A stretch of DNA of 58,368 bases, filler included, from Sluysia triapertura (lineage: Eukaryota): assembly GCA_046118255.1 (NCBI GenBank). It is 4 parts of 4 records of this genome, joined end to end, with 100 filler letters (N's around TTAATTAATTAA, not from the genome) between each part and the next. Parts side by side here need not be neighbours in the genome. Positions count along the whole stretch, not along the records: positions 1 to 17,032 come from JBJNIA010193271.1; positions 17,133 to 34,310 come from JBJNIA010191384.1; 2 more parts are not named here. The stretch is one strand, 5' to 3'. Below the pieces are notes generated by a model. The model made no database searches, was not told the origin of the DNA, and was given only the letters and a program-made list of their open reading frames with translations. Shown here in pieces: positions 12,501 through 23,074 of this stretch; position 1 is the stretch's first letter, and the number at the start of each line of letters is the position of its first letter. Made by a program: the position numbers and the translations under genes.

Positions 12501-15500
12501 ATTTTTTAAAAAAATAGTACTTGAAATTTTTTCGAAATTATTGAAATTATTCTAAACTATTTAAATTCATTTGATTTTGATCTTGATAAAACAATCTTAT
12601 TTAATAAATTGATTACGTAATTGTAGCTCTTGGTGCGTGTCCTTCATGCAGTAATGCAGACTCAAAGTTTACACAAATAACTAATGGTGGCTGTAGTGAG
12701 CTCAAAATGAAACACAATTATAATCATATGCAAACACCGACACATATTATATAATCAAGTTATTAAACATCAAACAATGTGTTAAAAATGGTTAAACCTT
12801 TAAATTCCAAACAAAATTTAGTTATTGTTAATATTTGTAATAGTTGGAACATCTCAATTTATTTCTTTTTACTCTACCTTTATAGGTCTGTATGTATGTC
12901 TATACAAGCTTATTTGTACGAGTATTCTGCTTCATATAAATATTTCATAATTTAAAATTTTATGGTATTGTATCACAAAAATAACAAAGAGATTGTGAAA
13001 TACTCTCGTTATGGAAGTAAATTGTTCACATAAAGGATGACCAAGCATTATAATTAATCTTTAATTGAACATTATTCAGTATTCAAAAGTACTGAGAAAG
13101 ATGATTGGTTCTATCATAACATAGTCATCAAAATTAATTGATCGGATTCAAAATAATCATTATTAACAATCATTATTTATTTATTCATTGATATTTATTT
13201 GCTCTTTATCATTCTTTTTTACGTATTGCTCATTATTGTTCTTCATTTTATCTTTTTAAAGAAAGAAATTAATTCATTTTTAATTCTTCTTATTTAATAT
13301 GATTAGTATGAAAATTAATTTTTATAAGTGAAATCATAGATAATTTGTCTTTTGAAAATTATTCACGAATTTAATTTAAATAATAATTAAAGCATTTGAC
13401 TAAATAATTTTTAAATTTCTCTGAATGAAAAAATACAAGAAAATGTAAAACGGTATACAAATTAATATTTTCTTCAGTATAATCCGACTGATTTTGTTTA
13501 ATTTTTAATATCTTAAAATAAAACATCTTAAAATATCTTAAATTAAAGTAACAAAAAGACAAAACAAATATTAATTTAAAATTAATCAATTAATTTAACT
13601 TTTAATATATATTGAAAACTATTTTATTGTGTAATCATATTTAAACATGAAATTGCTTATGAATAATATATTATATATATTAACAATAGCGTCAGTAAAA
13701 TTTGTTCTTTAATTACCATTTAAAATTACATTACTAAATAATATTATTGAATTATTAATTGTTTGTTAAATTAAAACAAGAAATAATATTTGATAAAGAA
13801 TTAGTATTTGATAGAGAATTTAACAACTGGTTTATGCTATCTTATAGTCATAGTTGTCTCGTATATTTTTATCAAATACATTACTATTGACATTTATAGA
13901 AATAGTGACAATTATAAAGAGGTTATTTTTAAGAAATTTATTATTATAAGCATTATCGTTAATTAAAAAAATTAATTCAAAAAATCAATGATTTATATTT
14001 TATTTGGTACATTATATTGTCGTAAAGTCAGAATGATGAACCGTTCAGTATATTCATTTTTTGTTGAATCCATTAATACTGTTTTTGCTTTTAATAACGT
14101 TAGAAAATTAAACTGTATAAACATTTTTAGAGTTTAAATGAATTGTATTTTTCATGCGTTATTTTGCTGTTTACTCCGATACTATTTACTTCAGCATAAA
14201 GAAACAGAATCTAAATGCCTCATAGTGAAGAAGTATGTAAATATAAAACAGAAATATTGATAAAACCAAAATCAATTACATTACAACAATATCTGGTTTG
14301 AAAATGCAGGTAAAAAAAGTAGTTCTGTCACCAACATAATCCACAGAAGATCGATTTGCTGAATCTATAATATGTGTACATTCTAATGCGGCTACTTCGT
14401 TTGTTGTGGTTAATTGTTTATTACATTATTTGTTGTTTATCTATATAATATTGGATTAATGTTATGATGTCTTGTTTCGATTAACTCGATTTTAAGCCGC
14501 CAGTAAAAATTTTACAGATTAATAAAATATTTAACAAAATTATAAAGCTAATCAAATTTGATATCAAAATATTAAACAAAGGAAAAGATGAAACTAAAAT
14601 CACAGCATTAGCGTCAACATATAAATTACGAATTAGACCTTAGTTTTTTGCTTATAAACGCAATATAGTGGAATAATAGTTTATTGTGATCATTAAATTC
14701 ACAGTTATTGTCAATTGGCGAAATGTACGATGCATCACCTTCAAAATTTTTGCTGCATAACTTAATGTGACTATTAAAAGAAATGTCTGATCGAAATCTT
14801 ATACAACTCTTACATTACTTATCCTTTAATCGATAACAAATTAATTTAAATCTATTATCGACACAAATATAATACTCAACATCCAATAAAAATGAAATAT
14901 TTTTTAATTTTAGTTGAATAAAATTTCAAAGAAAAACTTAAATTATTGAGTTTTAACTTTTAATTGAATAAAACTATAAAAATCAAAGAAAAAGTTAAAA
15001 CTGTTGATTTACATAATTTACCAATAAATAAATTGTAATAAATTCAAATTCTTTCATTGTCTTAAATTTTAAGAACTCGAGACTAGAGCATCCAAGAGAG
15101 AAATAAAAACTTATAATTAATGTTTGTATTAATTTAAAAGACTATAAGAATTTCGGTTTGAGTGAGATAAGAATTTACTTTCGCACTTCTATTTCAGATT
15201 ATTGAAACGAATACACGAATTCACGCATCCAGATAAAGTGAATAACATAAATAGTTAGATTTTACATTCATAAAGAATCTGGTTTTTATGAATGTAGAAA
15301 TCAATTCAAACGTTCCAAATTCTTAATTCTTTATCATTTCATGCCTAATATCACAAAAAGACAAGATTACCTAAAAACATCAAGAAAATAAATCACATTA
15401 TCAACATTCTACAATCACCTTTCGAACACACCAAAAGTTAGACTATAACTTATCTACTTTTCATAAGCCGAACGACACCCTTATAACATATTAATAACTC

Positions 15501-15759
15501 ACGTTCTATTAACATTTTCAGCTAGAAACATTTCATTTAGAACATTAAATAGTATCTAAAACTCATGTAAAACTAGCAAACAGCAAGTAAAATCTGATTA
15601 AAACGTTTATGTAGTACCTTATAACATCCTTAAGCTGTAACATCACAAAAGCTTTGTATTACAATGAAAAATTGAATTTTAATTTAAAATCAAAAATATA
15701 TACAACTTAACAACATAAGCTGAACAAAAATCAAGCAATGACGACAGAACAAAATCAAT

Positions 15760-15910
15760 AACATCACGCAACAAAAATCAATCCAACCCTGCTATTCGCA
15801 GAAGGAAATGAATAATGAAGATAACATAAAATGACATAAAAGAAGAAATTACATATGTCGTTTTTTATATCTAATTTTTATTTAAGTTAGGTTACTTTTG
15901 GAACACCCTG
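15760..15910 (-). mobile_element. 5' end/TIR fragment of the Tc1/mariner element also present at 54808-55522
   Basis: CTATTCGCAGAAGGAAATGAAT...GACATAAAAGAA is shared with 55470-55520. It ends in ...GTTACTTTTGGAACACCCTG, whose revcomp (CAGGGTGTTCCAAAAGTAACC) matches 54808 GGTGTCCCAAAAGTAACC. Confidence 0.75.
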
Positions 15911-17032
15911 TTTACGCGTGTCTGCTTAATGTCTGTACAATCTACAAAAGTTCCTATTTTCTTCATACTACAGTATTTGATGTCTATGTTTTTGTGTTTC
16001 AGCTTTTTCATTAAGTTCATTCCACTTGATTGATGATACATTTATAAATCATGCATTGCATCAAACCAATTATTTACATACATAGTTCTTTGATTAATAA
16101 TTGGTTTCCATTTTCCAGCAAAAATGGAATAACGTACTAAGATATATTAAAATAAAAATATAAAATTATTTACAAAATATTGGTAATGCATAAATATTGG
16201 TAGAGGCTTAAATCTCCGTAACATGTTTGTCTATTGAAATACATGGGTTCACCAATTTAAATAAGGTGATTAACTAATGGTTTGGATAATAAAAACATAT
16301 ATATTGAAATTTTACGTAGGCTGCAATCCAATGTTCACCAAATAAATTACTTGTACGTATGTCTACATCTATGCACATTTTTAAAATCCGCTGTATAAAT
16401 TTTTCTATAATCTATATTTCGGCTTAGTCTAATTGATTCCACATTACTATGTGCAAAACTTAATGCATCATTTTTATACTTCTATTAATTGTATGAGTAG
16501 TATGAAATATAACTAAACTACAATTCGGCAATCATGATTCACCAAGTCTGATATTTATAAAATCCAATGGTCGTTTTGACATGATATGCATTACAAGCTT
16601 TGTCTGACGAATATGATATTTGATTTTACGGGCCTCAATGATGCACAACATAGATTTAATTTTAATCACTCAAAACTATCTTGGAATCATTTACTTTATC
16701 GAATACGGGGAGAAATCGATTTGTTTTCTTGTAATTTTAATTAGATATTTCCATCAATAATTAACTGTTTGAGTGCAGGAGAGTTTTTTATGCATATACT
16801 AAAAGTCCGGGATGAAATGCTTAGTATTTTTTGAGGGTGGGAACAATGAAAATGGTTATGTAACAAGTAGTCTTGATCAAAAAAATATTTTTTATTTTCG
16901 CTTATTACAAAAATGTTTTGCTGCACAAATTCCATGAACTCCTTTTTTTTACCAACAGCAGCATCTTCGCATTATCGATACAAAACAAGAAAAGCGCTAT
17001 CGCGCTGCGCCGTATTTTTGGCATACGACAAG

Positions 17033-17132
17033 NNNNNNNNNNNNNNNNNNNNNNNNNNNNNNNNNNNNNNNNNNNNTTAATTAATTAANNNNNNNNNNNN
17101 NNNNNNNNNNNNNNNNNNNNNNNNNNNNNNNN
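17033..17132. other. Artificial contig-join linker
   Basis: N44-TTAATTAATTAA-N44; the central 12-mer gives stops in all six frames. Confidence 0.97.
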
Positions 17133-19330
17133 TTTTTCATTTCAGTTTATTTAAAATTTTAAAAGTTACCGGTTCGACGTAAGAACCGTATTAAACTATT
17201 TTATAAAAAATTTACAGGTTCAATTTCAGAACCTTATTAAAATCAATTTAAAAAGGTTCATTTTCAGAATCTCTTTAAAATCTTTAAACTATTTAAATTT
17301 TGTTAAAATTCTATAATTTTTGAGACCTCCTTAAATCAATTGCAACAAAACCAACGGTTGGCCGTTAAGTCTATAAGACCAATACGTTGGTGGACTCACC
17401 TTTCTAATTTTAAGTTTTATTCACATTCTTGCATTCAGAATACAATCCCCAATAACGCGTTTTGCAGTGTGCCCCATTTGTCGCAGAACGCTTTAAAAAT
17501 ATCGTGCTGTAGCCAAGCCTTTTACCCATAGATTCCACTTCCAGTGTCTTTTCTTTCTTTTTGATTCTTCGCCTACACCTCCACCGTTCTACAGTTAAAC
17601 ACTGCGAAATTTATTATAGAAAAAAGTTTACGCATTTTTATAACTTCAGCGTTACGTATATTAGAGATACAACAAGAACGCCTAATTCTTTAACCGACAC
17701 GCCCAATAATAATAATTATATTATTGTTACTCAACCAACATTAAAATCTAGATAACGTTCGGTAAATACACCTATTCAAAGACCAGAACCTATTCTTCTA
17801 CCGGGTTTAACCAAATCGCAAAAGAGAAATAGATGTCGTAGACAACTGAAACATTTTTATAAAACACAGGACAATCTTAGGAATAATACTGCAAAACCTT
17901 CTAATCCTTTTCTTATAAAAAAAGTATAAGTTTAGGTTTTCTCTAAAATCATTTATTAATTAATAAATCATAAACAAATATTTGTGTAAACTTATTGTTT
18001 GATTAATTATTTAATTATGTGTACCGTTTTATCATTTTTATTATTTCTTCAGTATTTCAACTAACAGTTACCATGTACCCATCTAACACAAAGTCCTTCT
18101 ATTTCTCTTTAGATAAGTATTGTGATGAAAATAGTTTTTTCATGTTTTTTCCAAGCTCACACAAAACGCCGAATAAATTTAAAAGTGAACTTGATTTCGA
18201 CGTAGCAACTTATATTTTTTCCTTTGAATGCTACTAAATCTTGCGTCACATTGAATGACTTGGCTAATCTCTCACACTTTGTATATAGCCGTCGCTCAAG
18301 GCCTTGTTAAAGTAGTAGCAACTTTGAACGAAATCCCATTAACCTTTCGAGTTGATACCTTCTGTATAATGTGCCTCTTTGAGATCAACATGTGATGCAA
18401 AATATACATAGAAGCCCACGAAATTCCGACATCTTTAGCTCTTCTTTTTAAATTGACATCTAGAGAGTTGTACTCATTGTTACCTAATCTTTTTGAGAAA
18501 GTTCTTGACAACGTTGCTCGATGGGCGGAAGGATCCTTCTTCACACATAAACCAAGAAGAGCGACTTCTGTTTGTGGCTTGTCACCACGCTGTAGACTTG
18601 GATGATAAACCGAGAATTATACATTTAGCGTGTACTCCATATATCAGACAGTACCACACCGAGGCTAAAATTCGCCCCTATTGCCGAATGTCTAACTTTT
18701 ATAGTGATATACACGGCATTAAGGAAGATGATTTAAAATCGGCTAAGGATATCTACGAAACGCAACATTACTTCCTAATGCAATTTCATAATATTCTCGT
18801 AACTTTTAATCCTAGACTTGTAATTAAAGTTTTACACATTCCTTTTGATTGGCTTCGGGGAATCATTAACCTCAATAATCACAATTTAGTTTCAATACCA
18901 GCTCCAAGCGTTTTAGCTCGTTCAAGCTTTTATATCCAGTTTTGCCACTGGATATACGCATGGCAACTGAACTTGTTCATCTTTTTGACTATATTCGGGA
19001 ACATGATCTCTCTTTTATCCCTGATTGTAATTTACCTCCTCTTTCTATCTTTCCTTCACTTTGTTTAGGCAATCTAGTATGCGACAACGTGATCTCATGC
19101 GACTCACCACCAACCTCTCCGAGAATAGATAATTCCAGAGCAATAACTGGCACAACTTCTCCAGTTTGGTCGCATCGATTCACGGATTTTATAAAATATA
19201 TATATTCCGACGACACAGAATCCAGCAACAGTGAAGATCCAGTTGACTTAGATGACTAATCCTATGATTGAACATTACTATTTGAATTACTGTGTTGTGA
19301 TTTTCTTTTTGATTTGAGGACAAATATTCC
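17133..19330 (+). mobile_element. Decayed copy A of an unclassified element family: structured leader, basic ORF1, unknown ORF2, DEDDh-like exonuclease domain
   Basis: The leader at 17351-17401 is 48/51 identical to 47312-47362. Stop/frameshift-broken ORFs lie at ~17561-17928, 18073-18540 and 18493-19259. Intronless and more GC-rich than the flanks. Confidence 0.5.
18493..19259 (+). pseudogene. Degenerate DEDDh (REXO4/ISG20/DnaQ-like) 3'-5' exonuclease-like domain, frameshifted
   Basis: KIRPYCRMSNFYSDIHGIKEDDLKSAKDIYETQHYFLMQFHNILVTFNPRLVIKVLHI resembles REXO4/ISG20 YVKPxxPVTDYRTxVSGIRPENLKxG..VQKEVAEMLKGRILVGHALHNDLKVL. ExoI 'ALDCE' is replaced by 'FVACH'. Continues in another frame (18942-19259). 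Confidence 0.5.
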
Positions 19331-21049
19331 CATGGTAGGATGTATTTGTAAAGTTATAATTTGTATATATACAAAATTATATAAAATTTATTCATGTTTA
19401 ATATTTATATTTTAATATTTTATATTTTATGTTTTGTAAAAATTAAAATATTATTAAAAATTATATAAATTATTACTATTTAAAAATTATAATTAAAAAT
19501 TAAATTTAAGAAAAAGAATAATCGAGAAAATTTGTTCTTATTAAGTAAAAATTTTTAATGTTTTTGTGACAAAAATTAGTATTTAAAACAGGGATTATTC
19601 ACAAAGAACACACAACAAACAAATAAAGCTAACAACAAAGCAAAATAAAGTTAGCACTATAATCAACAGCCAAATAAAGTATTCGATAAATAGAAGTCAA
19701 CGAAAATCTACCTCAAATATTTAACGTAATATTCAACGACAATTTCAACAAGCTAATATCAGGATACAGCAGCAGATTTCTATTGATTTTGGCCAATAAT
19801 TTATGTTTAAAATTTTCAAGCAGTAAGTCTAATTTTCACTTGAACAGAGTCTTAAATATTCTATTTCCGTTGGTCCTTAAGGCCAATGATAAAATCATTT
19901 TAAAACTAATTAAATCTTTTGACCGAGCCTCTAGCAAACTAGGTCTTTTTAAAAGAAAAATACTTTATTATTGTTATTATTTTTAGTTATACTATTATAT
20001 TAATTGGATTGTAAAACATTTTTGCTGTTGAACATTTATTTTTACGTTAATATTATTGTTAGTTTAATATTTTTTAGTGTAATTAGTGAATATTAGAATA
20101 TTTCTTATTTGATCTTTTGAATTATTGTATAATTAAATAAAGCATAAAGAGTGAACGATTAATTAGTTTAATAAATTAAAGTTTACAATAGAGCACATTC
20201 GATTTCTAAAGATTTCAAACATACCGATAGTAAAGTTACTTGAAAGAATAATTTTATTGCAGCCACTAAGTAACAAACCACGTATTTCACGAATTTTGTC
20301 GAAAGATTTTCACTTTATTTCATGTATCTACAGCCACGCCATTCGTAAGTCGTGTATTGTAGACGAACCTTTTTATTCCATTTTGTTGCTTGAGTAAGGT
20401 CAAGATATAGAAACCAGAGCATTTTATTATATCAAAGACAAAACACTATTTATGAACAGCATAAATACAAATTTTGTTCATATATTATTATTACAAGAAT
20501 ACTTTGTTCAAGAAGAGATTTTAATGTTCAGGATATTTTGTCAATTTATATTAACATGATTTGCTTCAATTCATTATTCAGGATATTTTGTCTAGTGAAG
20601 ATATTTAGTGTAAATCACCGTTAGTTTAAATTCATTTAAATTTGACGAAAGTTTCAATTTCGTTGCAAAACAGACAAAATTTTTATCAATCCTTTAATTA
20701 GATTGAAGCAAATTTTGCTATAAATTTGTAAATTCGTTTTGTGACAGTTGTTTTTTTATTGCTATTATAATTATAAAATTATAATTTAATTTTATACTCT
20801 AATATAATTTTTGTTGAATATAAATTAATTAATCACGTTGTTTCACTAAAGATTGATCGCTTTCTCGTAGCATTAATTTATATAGTTTTAAATTACATCT
20901 AAAATTTACCTGATATTATTGAATTAAATATTTAATGGAATTAAATATCCTATTTAATTGGGATACTTCGCCCCAACAATGCTATTACTATGCCAATACT
21001 GCAGGAAATATAGGCCTACGTATATTGGGCAGAGAAATAATCCCAATCG

Positions 21050-21660
21050 CACCAAACCAAGAATAGAAAATAATCTACCTTTGGTGAGTCTAAAATGAGG
21101 CAGGACATTTAAATGGTGCTGAGTCGAAATCTGGCGGGTCTGGAGGTGGTTCTTAGTGACCTGAATGTAAGGTACAAGTTTAATCCAACCCAGACTACTT
21201 CATAAACCTGAATATAAATGTCCAAGTCCTCAGCAGTTCCCATGTAAGACAATCGGCTCCGTTAACACAAGAAGTTGGTTATGACGAGAAACTCCAGACT
21301 GCTTAAGCAGATCTTGGATGTTAAGAAGTACTCACTCAATTATCACTTCCTGTATGTGCATGAAAAGCATGATGGACTAGGTCTGGTGTCTACATATTAT
21401 GTCTACATTTGTCAAAGTATCATAAGCGCATTCAGACTCCTCAGCTGCTCCACTGTGGAAACCAGAACGAATGGCAAAAGTCCGCATTGCAAGCGAGCCA
21501 ATCTTCAAGATGCTCTCGGTTGATTCAATGGTTCCCCGAACACTCGCTCGCCTAAACTGCAAACCTGGAAGATTAGGGTTCGAAAGGGTATAGAGAACCT
21601 GAACCGAAAGTAACACATAAAGATTACCTTTATGTTCGAGGACCCCATAATGGCAATTCA
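21050..21660 (+). mobile_element. Non-LTR retrotransposon relic (R2/NeSL/Utopia-type RT thumb region)
   Basis: LLKQILDVKKYSLNYHFLYVHEKHDGLGLVS...QSIISAFRLLSC matches the 'LYxxxxxGGLGL...AFRLL' thumb pattern of RLE-clade LINEs. The frames are broken. Confidence 0.55.
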
Positions 21661-21729
21661 AATAAAGATAATTTATTTATTCATCTTTAATATTAACAAA
21701 AATGATTTCATTTCTCATATTTCATCTAC

Positions 21730-22500
21730 TTCATAAGGTTAGTCAAAGATCTTAAAGGCTTAACAAGGCTTCAAGTCTACTTAAAGGTCAGTAAAGTCCT
21801 AAATGATCTCAAGGTTCATAAGTTCAAAGGTATCCTTAAAAGGTCTTTGTAATTCCAAGATATTCTTCAATTGTCAACATTAATATGGATGTTTTCCTCT
21901 TCATGATTCTTACTCCAGTGTTTATGTTCTATCACTTCGTATCAATTTTTCATTCATTTAATAGTTCTGTTTCTCACTTATCTCCTGATCCACAGTTTGG
22001 CAATCCCAACAAATATAGCACAATTAATAAACTAGGAGCGGACGTGCGTCGCATTCTATTATGGATACTAAAAGCGAATCACTCTTATTCGAAAAAAATC
22101 TGCTACACTTAAGTTATAGTTGAATATCATATAGAGTTGTACATGTGCGTGGAAATTGAATGTGATGTAAAACTTTTGTCAGGTTCTCATTGTGCCGATT
22201 TTCCTTCACACAAATGTTGTAAAATTTGCTACTCGATTACACAGACACCGGACCAATTTATTACAACTTCTCTGGCGATATATGAAAGTGGACTCCTATA
22301 TTAGAAAATCATTGTTCTTCGATGATTTACCCTGAGGATAATTTATGAGAACTACATTCATGTAAAATTGAGTTTAGATCGGACAATAGTATCGTTAAAA
22401 AGTTTGAGCGAATACGTGACACTTGAACATACGTCATCCAGGCCCGAAATACTCAATGCGATCGAAATGCAGACACTGAATTATAAACATGTGAGATAAC
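21730..22500 (+). pseudogene. Decayed copy C of the unknown ORF2 family (cf. 18073-18540)
   Basis: By-eye similarity to copy A: PNKY/PNKF, CKICY/CKIY, LQLLWRYMKVDSYIRKSLFFDDL / LALLFKLTSRELYSLLPNLFEKV. It is preceded by an AAGGT(T)C-iterated tract resembling 17160-17280. Confidence 0.35.
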
Positions 22501-23074
22501 TTCAAATTCGAATTTGTCAAATATTTACGTGAATATTAAATTTTTTTCGTTCTCTAGTGATAACACATGAAATAATTTTACATACAAATTAGTGTCTTAA
22601 GTACACTATTGCAAATCATTTGTTCATTCTAATAATAATCTCTTCGCATTACCAATAATGCACTCAAACCTTAATATTACCTTAAAAAATGAACTACCAA
22701 GCATGCACTTTCACATTGGAATCAATTATAAAAATCTCCTATTTGGTATTTTTCTTTGGGATCCCATACTTTAGCCTGGAGATTGTCATAACTTGTAAGA
22801 TTTAAATCACTTCGGTCATCAACATTAATTAGTCACCATTAGTCAGTACAAACATCTTAAAAAATTTAGAAAATACCTTCTAAATAAAAACAGATTTTAA
22901 ATATTGAAAACTATTTTCAGTATTGAATTACAATATGATAATTACATCATCTTTTATTTTTTACAAAGCTCATTAAGAGAATTACGACTACTAATTTCAA
23001 ATTATAATATTTAAAATTTAAATTCGCCTCCTTTTCGAGACAAAATAACATACATATAACTATTTATTGAACTG

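Noticed and set aside
18297-18380. Retropepsin-like motif LVKVVATLNEIPLTFRVDTF
   Set aside because: It lacks D-T-G, and the homologous copy B reads PLFTIETM, so the Asp is not conserved.
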